Shown: one piece after another, positions 26,476 through 38,519 of the stretch
How the letters are laid out: every line of letters begins with the position of its first letter
Numbering within the stretch: the stretch's first letter is position 1
Origin: Mustelus asterias
Taxonomy: Eukaryota
Direction of reading: 5' to 3'
Assembly: GCF_964213995.1 (NCBI RefSeq)
Contig: NW_027590138.1
Location: 434,001-498,000 of the forward strand
DNA: 64,000 nucleotides
Position numbers and translations under genes: made by a program
Notes under the pieces: generated by a model
The model's input: only the letters and a program-made list of their open reading frames with translations
Told to the model about the DNA's origin: nothing
Databases searched by the model: none

Positions 26476-28304
26476 TCTATTACGAGAGAAATTGAACACA
26501 GGAGTAAAGATGTTGTAGTTCAGTTATACAGGGCGTTGCTGAGACTACATCTTGAACACTGGGTGCAGCTTTGTCTCCTATTTAAGAAATGATACAAATG
26601 CATTGAAAGTGGTTCAGAGGAGGTTTAATGGATTACTTCCCAATTCTTGACCCTCACAGGATGAATTTTGTCCGAATTTCCTTGTCTTCACCTCTGACAA
26701 AGAGTAATCCTGACTCAAAATGTTGTCTCTATTCTTTCTTTACAGATGCTGTCAGACTTGCTGAGATTGTCCAGCATTTTCTGTTTTTGTTTCAGATTCC
26801 AGCAACAGCAGAATTTTGCCTTTATACCAATTCTTGTTGGATAAGGGCATCAAAAGTATCGGGTGTAGAACGAGAACGCAACACAAAAAGATCAGCCATG
26901 ATCTAAATAAATGCTGGAGCAGACTCAAAGGGCCAAATGGCCGACTTCTGCTCCGATGTCGAATGTTGGTCACAGATTCCTGAGAATTGTGAAACAAGGC
27001 TGGAAGATTCGCCTTGCTTGTGTCAGTGGGAAAATGTCCAGGAGAACCATCACTGTGAAGGACAGTTCTGGGATTAAAGGTTGCCAGACTGGAAAAGGAA
27101 AACAATGGAAATAAACCCTTGGGGAGTGAAGAATCACTTTGGGCTGGTTTTTGGAGAAAGAGTGTCAACATTCCAAGGCAGGGTAAAATATATCCATTGA
27201 GTGGATATTTAGTGGTGTTAAGAGTAAAAGGGCAAAGTTTAATTTTACAGTTTAAGGGCTATGTTCCCTATAAAAAAGTGTTTAATTATTGTTGCTTCCA
27301 GTTTGTTGGAGTAAACATCAGAAAACTTGAAGTTTTGTCGTGTGAATCTTTAATTTACTCACTGGGTTTAGAATTCTTTTTTTTTAATTGTTGATCATCA
27401 GAGATCCTAACAGTTCATTTAAAGCCACACATTTCGACTTCCCATTTGAGCCAGGGGCACCTTTCTGTCTCTCTATTGCTCATGTTAATGACAGCCAGGC
27501 GACAGATCTGAGGGCTGAATTTAGCTGAGAATAACGGGGCCTGCGCCCCAGTTGGGAAACTGCCCTGGGCGTCGCACTAATAGAGAGACAGGAAGGTGCT
27601 GGAGGACTGAGTGGGAAATGGGCCTCCAACCAATTGTTATATCAGTCACTCAGAGCTAAAGAGAAACCTGTCTCTTTAATTACATATACAGGGAAGAGGC
27701 TGCACTGAAATCTGCCCTTCAAACCTGCACAAAAGCAGGAGGCTGAGATTGACAGGATGCAGGAGTCCATTCAGCCCATCGTGCCCCTGCTATCTCTTTG
27801 AAAGGACTCTCTGATTCATCCTACCACACTGATCTGTCCCCACAGTCCTGCAAATTCTTCCCTTTCAAGTTTTTACCTTTTGGAAAGATTCTATTGAATC
27901 TGCTTTCAGGCAGATCAGAACAACTCGCTGTGTCAAAAAATAAAACCTCATCTCCCCCTCTGGCTCCTTTGCCAATTACCTTAGAGGGACTCACTTTCTG
28001 TTAAAGAGCCTGCCAACCCCTCTCACCCACTTTCCCTAAAGTGCATCAATCTCATCAGGAAATGTCCAGCAAAATCAAATATTGTTACTGATAAAAGTTT
28101 ATTAATGAAACAGAACATGGTTAAAACAAACAGAAAATGACTTGAGGATCAAAGACAACCAGAGTAAAAGGATGTTCACAATGTTCTGGACACAAATGGT
28201 TTCTCTTTATCTGTTCCCTGCCCTCTTTGTGGTAAAGGCAGAATTCTCTGGATAGTAAATTTAAAAAGAAGTTTATTGAATGAAAAGGTTTACTGAACAA
28301 CTGA

Positions 28305-28580
28305 GCACAGTGGCACAGTGGTTACTGCTGCCTTACAGCGTCCTGGCTTGGGTCCCTGTCTGTGCGGAGTCTGCACATTCTCCCCATGTCTGCATGGGTT
28401 TCCTCCGTGTCCTCCGGTTTCCTCCCACAGCCCAATGATGTGAAGGTTAGGTGGATTGGCCATGCTAAATTCTCATTCAGTGTACCTGAACAGGCGCCAG
28501 AATGTGGCAACTAGGGGAATTTCACAGTCACTTCATTGCAGCGTGAATGTAAGCCTACTTGTGACTAATAAATAAACTTT
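28305..28580 (+). mobile_element. tRNA-derived SINE (subfamily with non-CR1 tail)
   Basis: SINE head and core, ending GTAAGCCTACTTGTGACTAATAAATAAACTTT. Confidence 0.8.
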
Positions 28581-29040
28581 AAGACATTGACTTTCACAAC
28601 TTCATGCGGGTGATCGGTCCGTAGAAGAGTAACCCTCTCTGGCTCCTTCTTTGACAGGAATTCTTGTGGAATTCAGCTTTGGGAGTCTGGCTCCTTCTTT
28701 GACAGTAATTTCCTTGGAACTCAGCCTCGGGAGTTTTCAGAATTTGGTTCACAAGGAAGACCTTCAGAACCTCTACTTTTATCCCCAAAGTGACCGTTAC
28801 CACACGTCAGAGTTGGGCCTGTTGTAACATGACAATTGGTCAATTTAGTCACCAGATTAATTGAATTGGATCCTCAATTACTGACACCACTTTCGCTCAT
28901 TATCTTAGACAGGAATACAAGAGAACTGGTTCATGCTGTCCCTTTAACTGATTCTATACAATCCCCTTATTCACACAGTTTCAAATGTTGAGGCTAATCA
29001 GAGCTTGAAGATCTCTCTCGCCAGTACACTATGCCAGCTG

Positions 29041-29337
29041 CGGCACGGTGGCACAGTGGTTGGCATTGCTGCCTCACAGCGCCAGGGATCGATTCTCGGC
29101 TTGGATCACTGTCCATGTGGTGTCTGCACGTTCTCCCCGTGTCTGCGTGGGTTTCCTCCAGCCGCTCCTGTTTCCTTCCCCAGTCTGAAAGACGTGCTGG
29201 TTTGGTGCATTGGTCATGCTAAATTCGCCCTCAGTGTAACCCGAACAGGCGCCGGATGTGGCGACTAGAGGATTTTCACAGTCACTTCATTGCAGTGTTA
29301 ATGTGAGCCTACTTGTGACACAAATAAATAAACTTTA
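29041..29337 (+). mobile_element. tRNA-derived SINE (same subfamily as 28305)
   Basis: CGGCACGGTGGCACAGTGG head, core, same tail. Confidence 0.82.
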
Positions 29338-29699
29338 AAAATTTATCTTCATTGCACATTCGTTACATACACAGCAATTAAGATTTTACATTTTAACAGC
29401 AAATAAAAACTCAGTCTTTTACTATAACGACTGATTCATTAATTGTAACTCAATTAAGGATCACTGCTTATTCAATCACCATGATGCCCCTCCGTGGCCA
29501 CAGGTATCCTTAATGGTAGGCATGAACCCAGAATGTTTGAGTGATTCAGGTAGATGACTGAAAATTCAATAAAGAAACTCTCACGTATGTTTGAGTTACA
29601 TTGCTGGAAGTAAGCTTCCCAGCGCTGCTCCAATTACGTTTGCATAAGGAATATGGAGTTTAGGGAATGCAGTTGATGAAAAGATCAACAATTGTCTTC

Positions 29700-30012
29700 G
29701 AATCCATACAGTGCAAAAGGAGGCCATCAAGCTCTTCGAGTCTGCAGTGACTCTCCGACAGGGTATATTTTCCTGGTCCTCTCCCCTGCTCCATCACCGT
29801 AACCCCACAGACTTTTCGTGGCGATTTATTCTAACCCACAAATTTCTGACAAGTTGGCATGCTGAACGCATCTAACCTGCACATCATTGAACTGTCGGAG
29901 GAAAAGGGGCACCCCACACAGACACTGGGAGCATCTGCAAACTCCACGTAGCCTGGAACTGAACCCGGATTCCTGGAATTATGAGGCAGCAGTGCTAACC
30001 ACTGTGACACCA
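29700..30012 (-). mobile_element. Diverged HE1-type SINE
   Basis: Head and tail recognisable on the minus strand. Confidence 0.7.
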
Positions 30013-30938
30013 CTGTACCAATTAATGACAGCCAAGCACACACGATGGGGTGAAGGGCCCATCGCACGATCTGCAAATGTTCTGAATTTACAGAATTTCT
30101 TTGGTGGTTTACACACTTCGCTGTGCGGATGTGAGCAGTGAGGATAAGGTGGTGCTGCTCCATTGGATGACTGTCAATGAAACGCAAAATACAGCCATGG
30201 TCTGCTCCGCTACTTTTGCCTTCACCGTCTTTGCCCGGGTGCAGACAGCAGCGGAATGAATCGCTTCAGCAATTGCTGATGGCGGGTAGTGGGGCTGATC
30301 AACAAGGAAGGGTCACTGCTTAAATCCGGTGAACATTATCCATTTCCAAACAATCCAAGAGCGGAGAACACACGTGATCTTAAGTTTATGTCGTTAACTT
30401 TAGCTGTTTCTTATTTACTCCGCCATTCACATGGTCTCTGGTAATGACGGATTCATTAAATGAGACAAATAGAAAGGACACATTGATTGTCAGGTAGCAA
30501 TGTGAAAACTCCGCAACGACGGTAAGTCACGCCACCTGCTGGTGGTTTCGGGTAGCTTTGTTTGTCGAGTTTGTCAAAATCGGTTGTCACCCCTTGAATT
30601 ATTTGAATTAATTTTCAGTCATTTGATAGCGATAAGAAGGTTTACAAAAAATGAGAGGTTGGTATAACAGAGAGACGGAAGCAATGAGACAGAGTTATGA
30701 TGAAAGTCACATGAGACACAGAAGGAACCAGAAAATGCGATTCTTTCAGCTCTCATTTATTGGCGGGGAATATCCATCAGTTCCGGCAGAGTAGCCAATC
30801 CTGTCTCTTGGAAATGCCCCTCAGTTTCTCAAAAAATAAACCCAGATTATAACAGGGGCTACCCTTTACACTAGATTGGAATCACCGGCAGAATTAGAGC
30901 GTTTTGTTACTTTGTATCGAAGTGTATACACGGAAACC

Positions 30939-31367
30939 ATGTGTTCTCCATGCTCCTTACTGATTATAATGATCTTGCTGCCCGGCGAGTCCATTATTAA
31001 ACGGTAACCATGTCATCCAGTGGTTATTTTTAAACCCTGACTTTTGAGCCAATCTGTATTTGTGTGACAGGAATGAGTGGCAAAACTTCAGTGTTCCAGG
31101 TTCATTTCGAATTGACAATTCGGGAAGGACAGTGTGGACTGGACTGCCGTTACTTGATAACCTGCACTACCCTAACTCTACTCTGGTACATGCAGTATTC
31201 CGGGGAAGCTCCGAGATATTTCCTGAAGAAATATAGCTTAGGGGGTTACGAAAGGTCCCCAAACGGAGGTTTTCTGCAGATTTGCAGAAGGGAAATGAAA
31301 CAGTTCCTGTATATCTCGCGGGGGCTCTTCTGTCGGATACTGCCGTGTATTTCCGTGCGATGGAGCA
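30939..31367 (+). pseudogene. TCR alpha/delta-type V pseudogene
   Basis: Leader exon 30939-30984 (MCSPCSLLIIMILLP-G, GC donor). Acceptor AG at 31069-31070. V exon ...LTIREG..LDCRY....LLWYMQYSGEAPRYFL..., then frameshifts, ending LSDTAVYFRAME (second Cys replaced by Arg). Confidence 0.8.
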
Positions 31368-31406
31368 CACACTGATACAGAGATAGAGCGGATCCAGTCC
31401 GAAACC
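31368..31406 (+). other. Degenerate 23-RSS
   Basis: Heptamer CACACTG 31368-31374, 23-nt spacer, weak nonamer TCCGAAACC. Confidence 0.6.
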
Positions 31407-32561
31407 CCCCAGAATGGGAGTTCCAGTTGGTGGCCAGAAGATGGCGCTGTCACACTGATCAATCGGGACAAGAATTAAACCCAGTGAGAGTCACAGAAAA
31501 GAACAAAATATAACCCCCCATGAGAAGAGGTGAGGGACACTTGCGGAATTGTATTCGTTGATTTTAACGCGCGTTCATAATAAAACTCGCCTTTAGAAAT
31601 CTATTTGATCTATTTCGTTCAATTAGTGTTTTGAAGCTGTTTCCACGCCTGTCTGTAACACTAACCAACTCTTGTTCATCTCCCCTTTTAGATTTCTGGA
31701 GCCTTTGGCCCGAGACCAGTTCTCTGGTTTTATTTGATCAGAGTGTGTTGTTGGGTCAGAAACAGTTTATGAAAAATGAACAGATTTCAGAACTCATTGA
31801 CTTTGATCATTCAATTGAATTTCACAATCTTTCCCGAACAGTATTCGAATACTCATCTGATTTACAGAAACGAGGAGCAGCGAGAAACAGATGAACAATG
31901 CGGATATGATAAGAAGTTTAATGCTACCCTGGTATTCGGTGGAGACAGTCAGGGAGATGTGGAAACTGGCTGCTCTGAACTTCGGATTTATTTGAGAAAT
32001 CAAAGTCGCAACTTTATGAAATGTGTTCAGGGTGTGGAAGCTGTCTGGAATGTAGCAATAGTGATCAAATAAACGCTATGAACAGCTCACCCTCAAAGGC
32101 CCCCAGAAACTGAAAAGGGAGATGGAGCGAGTGGTGTTCAATATGGTAAGCAGGCATGGAAAAATAAGGAAAGGACAAATAGGGACTTCGGGATCAGAGG
32201 ACGTCGCACAGACATGGAGAACTGTCCGTCTGCTGTGTGTGTGGCGCTTCACGGCCAGGTTTGACGGATGTTTGGGATTTTATCACCCAGGTCTGATTTT
32301 AGAGGAATACAGAGTTGATTAGCAGCAGAAGGGACGATTTAATTGACACATTCATTATGTGATGGACTTGTCGGCCTAAAACGGTTCTGCAGTTTGTTTC
32401 CTCGGCCTCTCCTGGAAACAGTTGGGTGACAGTTGATCCGAGGTGAATGTGGTTTCCTGTCGGTTTGTGTTTGAGCGGCTGACAGCGCCGCTGCTCATTG
32501 TGGCTGCATCTGCCAGAGGTTCTATACAGCAGCGAGGAGCTCTGACTTATCTTGCTGAGAC

Positions 32562-32600
32562 AGTTTTTGTACAGGAGTCAGACTGCTTTCCATCACTGTG
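32562..32600 (-). other. Recombination signal sequence, 23-bp spacer
   Basis: CACAGTG (32600-32594) + 23 nt + ACAAAAACT (32570-32562). Confidence 0.95.
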
Positions 32601-33059
32601 AGGCTGAAAGCGCAGTAATACACGGCCGCGTCAGACAACTGCAGATCCGAGATAGTCAAACTGATGGATTTCTTCGAGGTTTGGAGGTCAGTCGAGAAAC
32701 GGATTTTAGCAAAATCTGCTTTATATTCAGTACCCCCCGAGTACTTCCACAGTATGTACTCGGGCTGGGAGTCTGGATGCTGTCGGTACCAGTATAAATA
32801 ATAGTCGGCTTCTGCAGTATCGTAGTTGCAGTTTAATGTCACCACGTCTCCTTCTGTCTTAACATCTGAGGACAGCGGCTGAGTGACAGAATCGCCATGG
32901 GTCAGATCTGGAAAATATGTTCAGATAGATAAAGAATAGAGTGACGAGTACTCAACAGTAAGATTCAACCCAAGTTTTGGAAATGAGTAAACAAACGTGA
33001 TGTCCAGAAATACCTGTTAGAAATGCCCCCCACACAATCCAGATGCCGAGTACCCGCAT
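32601..33059 (-). CDS. T-cell receptor alpha/delta-type V gene segment, apparently functional (leader 33059-33014; V exon 32907-32601)
   Basis: Leader MRVLGIWIVWGAFLT, GT..AG phase-1 intron. V exon DLTHGDSVTQPLSSDVKTEGDVVTLNCNYDTAEADYYLYWYRQHPDSQPEYILWKYSGGTEYKADFAKIRFSTDLQTSKKSISLTISDLQLSDAAVYYCAFS has both Cys, WYRQ and DxAVYYC, and abuts a consensus RSS. Confidence 0.92.
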
Positions 33060-33129
33060 TGTCTCTGTCCGCTCTGTAAAGGAGGAATCGGATATTTGAA
33101 GACACCCATTCTAATCCCCACCCTTAATA

Positions 33130-33165
33130 ATCTGATGACGTGTCTCAGAATGCTCACGCGTCAGT
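33130..33165 (-). promoter_or_regulatory. CRE-like V-promoter elements
   Basis: TGATGACGTG and TCACGCGTCA about 75-100 bp upstream of the leader ATG. CRE-like motifs are typical of TCR V promoters. Confidence 0.45.
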
Positions 33166-34632
33166 TCCGTGTCTCGCCAGTGGCTCCGTGAGATTGATAA
33201 TTGCTCAGATGACTGTTAGTGAATGGAAGCTCTCCAACTTGTCCTCCATTCGGTGTCCCTGTTGGGCGAATTGTTCCGCTTTGGAAACGGGATGTCAGGA
33301 AAAAAAATCTTCATTTTGTTATTGGAACGGAGGAGCAAGGAGTGTTGATTGATTTGGTGGATTTCCAATCAATGTTCTGTGCACATTTTCTTAGCTTTCG
33401 CATCCGAGCATTAGTGCCTGAGACTCCAGTGAGAGTCCAGAGAACGGTGGAGGCTGAGGGCCACAGAATAATTTTAAAGCTGAGTGAAACCAACATTTTA
33501 ACTAAAATTTATGCCACGGTTCAAGAAGATCAAGGCAGCAAAGTGGATTTAAACGGAAGATCAGATGAACTGTAATCTGACTGAATGGTAGAGCAGATTT
33601 GCAGGCAGCCTAATTTTTGTGTTCGAATGTTCAGATATCAGTGGATGGGCTGTGAGATACTTTGCAATCTTCGTTGTTTTACTAAAGGAACAGGGAAGTC
33701 GATCAGTGAGCTCTAGTTGCCTGTTTATTGTTCCTGAGATAATGTAAAAAGTGTACTGTGGATGTTGTACTGAAACTTGACCATGCCTGAAATCAGCAGG
33801 GTTAGGATATCAAATTGTTATAGTGCAGCTAATTATGACATTGCCTTTTCTTCAAAGGTCCACTCAGGGACAACAAGATGCACTTGGTAGTTGTGGCCCC
33901 ATCTCATATAATATACTGGGAAGTGTCAACTTCAAGAACTTCCGCTGTTTCTTTTTAATCATTGTCAACATGGGGTCACTGGAAAAGCAATTCACGGACC
34001 CAGAATGATGCTTTGGGAAAAGTAGTTCAATCCCATCATATCAACTGGTTACATTTAAATTCGATTTACGAGAAAAGTAGTCAAAATTCTACCCCAGCAG
34101 CTGGTTAAGTTTAAATGTGATTAATTGATATTGAAAGCTACTCGCAATGATCGTTCCGAACGCGATCACTGCAAATCCACCTTGTTCACGAATGCACTTT
34201 GTGGAAGGAAATCTGCCTTCCTAGCCTAGCCTGGTCTGTGTGTGACTACAGAACAACTGTAGTCACATAACTAACTCTCAAATAGCCCAGCCCGTTTCGA
34301 GGACAATTAGTGATCGACAAAATCTTGGACTTGTGACCGACACCCAATCAATATTTTTCTTTAAAAAGAGTAGTCATCATTTGATTAATAATAATACCTA
34401 AATTACAGCAGTCAGGAGAACAGCATATTCTTTACTTTTAATTGGGAAGGAAACGCTAAGTGAAAAAGTGATATATTGACGAGCAGAGGTCCTTCTCCCG
34501 AATCAGTAACGTTGCAGCTCAGGAAATATTCTCCTGGAGTGGAAACACAGATTCACGCCCCCACAACGCTCATAGATCCACCCGCATTTCTGATACAACC
34601 AGTGCTAAACAAGTAAATCAACAGAAATGTCT

Positions 34633-34928
34633 TCATAAAATCCCTACAGTGCCGAAGGAGGCCATTCAGCCCATTAAGCTTGCACCGACAACAGTCACAC
34701 CAAGGCCCTATCCCCGTAACCCCACGTGTTAATCTCCTAATCCCCCTAACACTAAGGGACATGGCTATTCCACCTAACCTGCACATTTTTGGACTGTGGG
34801 ACGAAACGCACGCAGAGACGGGGAGAAGGTGAAAACCCCACACAGACAGTTACCCAAGGCCGGAATTGAACCTGGGCCCCCTTTGCTATGAGGCAGGAGT
34901 GCCAGCCATTGTGCCACCGTGTCGCCCA
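34633..34928 (-). mobile_element. HE1-type SINE
   Basis: Head, core and tail on the minus strand. Confidence 0.82.
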
Positions 34929-35409
34929 TTTACTAATACAGGATACATGAGGTGAGAGCAGAAAAATGGGACTGTGTGGTTACTGCCAATAGCAACGATA
35001 TGCGAATGGTGCCAGAGGTTTTGTCGCCATCATTTCAAGTTGGGAGAAATATGTGACGACTGCGTCCTCTGGCGGTGACTCAGGTTACGTGACGCTGTCC
35101 GCAAGTGCAAGGTTGTCGATGGGCCGTCTCCAGCGGGCTTTTACTGAGAGACGTGTTTTCAAACAATGCAACTATATAAATAGACGTGAGTGAAATATGA
35201 GTAATTTGAAAGCACAATGCATTCAGGGTCATTTCTGAATCTCTTCCTTTCTCTCTTTCTCACAGCTTTTGGCTTTGTATTTCGCACTCGTAATGTCTCA
35301 CTTTCCTTCAATTCTCCTTTCATACTTTTCTGATTTGTTGTCCTCTGCCCGTAATCTTAAACCGAAAACCAATTCCAGGATTTTGACGCAAGGGAGCGGC
35401 GTTACGTAG

Positions 35410-35746
35410 AGCACAGTGGTTTGCACTGCTGCTTCGCAGCTCCAGGGACCTGGGTTCGATTCCCAGCTCGGGTCACTGTCTGTGTGGAGTTTGCACATTC
35501 TCCTCGTGTCTGCGTGGGTTTCCTCCGGGTGCTCCGGTTTCCTCCCACAGTCCAAAGATGTGCGGGTTAGGTTGATTGGCCATGCTAAAAATTGCCCCTT
35601 AGTGTCCTGAGATACGGAGGTTAGAGGGATTAGCGGGTAAAATTAGCAGGGAAATGGGGTTGGGCTTTGGTGCGAATGTGGTCGGTGCAGACTCGATGGG
35701 CCAACTGGCCTCTTTCTGCACTGTAGCGTTTCTATGATTCTATGAT
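35410..35746 (+). mobile_element. HE1-type SINE
   Basis: B box GGGTTCGATTCCC, core, tail TTCTATGATTCTATGA. Confidence 0.9.
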
Positions 35747-36414
35747 ATGGTTCAAAATGAGGATGGTGTGCGGCTTGAAGGGGTGTTCTCATGCAGCTGT
35801 TCCTCTTATCCTTCTAGATGGAAGAGATTCCGGGTTCGCAAGGTGCTGTCGAAGCAGGCTTGACGGATTAATATAATCACAATGTAAAGTATATGCATCA
35901 ACTTCTAGTGTAGGATTGTGGTTTTGTTGGTTAACAAATAAGGAACTGTGGACGCCGTTATTTTTAAGTAGATTTGTTTATTGATGAGAAACGTTGTGCA
36001 AACATTGTTGCCCAGTCTGCCCAGAGGCATTGGAATGCAATGATTTATAGAGTCCACTCTCGAGGCCTCTTGTGCCATCCACCTCCTGCTCTTCCAGTTA
36101 CCATGCCCTAAGAGGGCATTGGTGACCATGAATGTCCTTATCATTCTGTGACTGTTTATTTCAAATTATTCCAGCGGATTGCCATTGACCTCTGCCGTAT
36201 TGTTGACCAGGCATCTGTTCCGTTCCCATCACCTGCCATCAGGAATACTGAAAGGGTTTACACGGCACACAGCCCCAGAATAGAGGGACGACACTATAGA
36301 ACCGATTTGACTTTAATGTCTCTTTCCCGGGTGACTGTTTGCGTGCCAGGCAACCATCTTATGTGTACCCATCTGTATATGGGTACACATAAGATGGGAC
36401 TTAATAGACATTAA

Positions 36415-37000
36415 ACCCCCACCCCATCAACATCCTGGGAGTTGACAGAAAACTGAACTGGACCCAGGAATATAAATACAGTGGCTACCAGAGCTGATCA
36501 AAGGTTAGGAATCCTGCGGCGAGTAACTCACCTCCTGACTCCCCAAAGCCTGTCCACCATCTACAAGGTACAAGTCAGGAGTGAGATGGAATACCCTCTA
36601 CTTGCTTGGATGAGTGTAGCTGCAACCACACTCAAGAGGCTCGACAGAATGCAGGACAAATCAGCCCGCTTGATTGCTACCCATTGAACATTCATTCCTG
36701 CCACCACAGACGAACATTGACAGCCGTGTGCACCATCTGCAGGATACACTGCAGCAACTCACCAAGGTTTTTTTAGGCAGCACAATCCAAACACACGAGC
36801 ACTGCCATCGAGGAGAAGAAGGGCAGCGGGCACATGGGAACACCCACAACCTCGAGGTTCCCTTCCAAGTTATTCTACATCCCTACATGGAAATATATCG
36901 TTGTTCCTTCACGGTCACTGGGCCAAATCACTGGAACTCCCTCACTAACAGCACAGTGTGTGTACCTGCACATCAGGTACCACAAGAAGGCAGTTCACCA
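36415..37000 (+). mobile_element. Old L2/Crack-like LINE 3' fragment
   Basis: QRLGILRRVTHLLTPQSLSTIYKVQVRSEMEY...W resembles the non-LTR RT thumb region. Confidence 0.65.
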
Positions 37001-37468
37001 CCACACAATACACCAATGTCAGCTGTGGGAATAGACTATCTTCGTGCTGCGAGGTGAGTCTCTGTCCCGGATTTATAATAATAGTCGTGTTGCTAAGTGA
37101 GTCTGTGTGGAGGTTATTCTACATCTCATTTGTTATGAACTTCAGCAGACTTTGATCCATTCTGCATTGAGTGATCGGACGAATGCCGAGGAGTCGGTGT
37201 CCGTGGGCTCATCTGAGTTAACAATTCTGGATGAACAGCCGGTAATTTTCTGCTATATTACCTCCACTTCTGAGCGCATCCTTCAGCTGATAGCTCGATA
37301 CTCCTGGTATCTGCTTACTATATAAATCGCGGCATGGGGTTTAGTCTCGAGATTTACCAAAGTGTTTCTATGATGATTTGAACAAGGTCAAATTGTCTGG
37401 TAAATAGAATCGCCGCCTTCGTGAACATGTGATCAAAACATCTTCATGGAGTTGTAAATACTCGCTGA

Positions 37469-37507
37469 GGTTTTTGTACGGGGTTTCAGCTGTAATCTAA
37501 CGCTGTG
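37469..37507 (-). other. Recombination signal sequence, 23-bp spacer
   Basis: CACAGCG (37507-37501) + 23 nt + consensus ACAAAAACC (37477-37469). Confidence 0.9.
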
Positions 37508-37994
37508 CCTCACTGCACAGTAATAGACCGCCCGTCCTCCAAACTGAGGGCGCTTATATTGAGGGAGCCGCTCTGTGTGGACTTGTCAGTAGCCGCCAGA
37601 TATCGTCCTGAAACTTCATTTTCCTCCACTACTAATGCATTGGTAATAATCCATCTCGGTGGCTGTGCCGGTTTCTGCTGATACCATTGCATGTAGCTCA
37701 TCTCCTTGTCTGTATAGTTACAATCCAACTGCACCGAATCCCCTTCTGATGCTGTTATTGTCACCGGTGACTGAGTTACTGGATCTGCGCACAGTCCACC
37801 TGTAAAGGTAGAGGAATTAAATATCAAGAGTTCATGTAAATTTATAGTTTTTGGAACCTCCCATCTACACCTCACATGGATATTTTTGATGGTTAATTAA
37901 ATTGGCATCTTTGTGTATAAATATGTTCCCGTGGTTTGATGAACGTTATCCGGTACTTACTGTGCAAGAGCGCCGCCAGAATGATCAGAAACAT
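37508..37994 (-). pseudogene. TCR alpha/delta-type V segment with single 1-nt frameshift before YYC
   Basis: Leader 37994-37961 MFLIILAALLH with GTAAGT donor. V exon from 37799 GLCADPVTQSPVTITASEGDSVQLDCNY...QWYQQKPAQPPRWII...SLNISALSLED, then GG GCG GTC TAT TAC TGT GCA GTG AGG (one base short). Confidence 0.88.
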
Positions 37995-38519
37995 GTCCGA
38001 GTGGATTTATTTCAGTGAATGAGAATGGAGGAGTCAGAGAGTGAGAAAGAGAGCGGGAACCCAGACTCTGCTCCGTTGATTGCAGTGTGTGAGTGAGTGT
38101 GAGTCAGTTTGTCTGTGTGGGTGTGATTGTGGGGAGGGGAAGTGGAGTCTATTGTGACCTCAGCAGCCTACCATCCATACAGGCTCCAGTGATAATGTCA
38201 CGTGAGATTGTAGCACCCCCCCCCTCCCCCCGACATCCCTCCCCATTCCAAAACCGGGCTCGAGATTGGCGCCCTCTGCTGACAAATGTTGTTTAATGCA
38301 AGTTCGCATTTGGCTGTTGAGTCGATTCAGGGTTTACTCCAACACATACCAAGGCACAAGTGCTGCCCAGAAATCCGAATTGGTGCTCTGTAGAAAGTCC
38401 TTGTTACGTTTCCTACTTACATCGTAAAATGATGCGGGCATCATTCCTGGAATTCTCTGTTCAAATCCCGGGGACACCGAAGTCCAGAGCATACCAAGAC
38501 TTTGGGAAAAGTGCGGTAC

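Larger units (their letters stand above)
22080..28232. repeat. Right arm of large inverted segmental duplication (partner ~3519-10190)
   Basis: See left arm. The arms differ by lineage-specific TE insertions (e.g. CR1 25675-26475 here, CR1 8560-9668 there). Confidence 0.9.

Noticed and set aside
30150-30350. Possible decayed V 3' end on minus strand (AVFCVSL-ACAGTC)
   Set aside because: No other V motifs or nonamer.
31900-31960. J-segment-like peptide NATLVFGGDSQG
   Set aside because: Lacks FGxG, an upstream 12-RSS and a donor in the expected place.
34480-34600. Leader-like ATGCGGGT..TGTGGGGGC similarity to the 33059 leader
   Set aside because: Too short, contains a stop, and has no coherent V exon.
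38459-38471. GTTCAAATCCCGG matching the tRNA-Pro T arm
   Set aside because: Only 13 nt and upstream of the 5' half, so it cannot be shown to be the missing piece.
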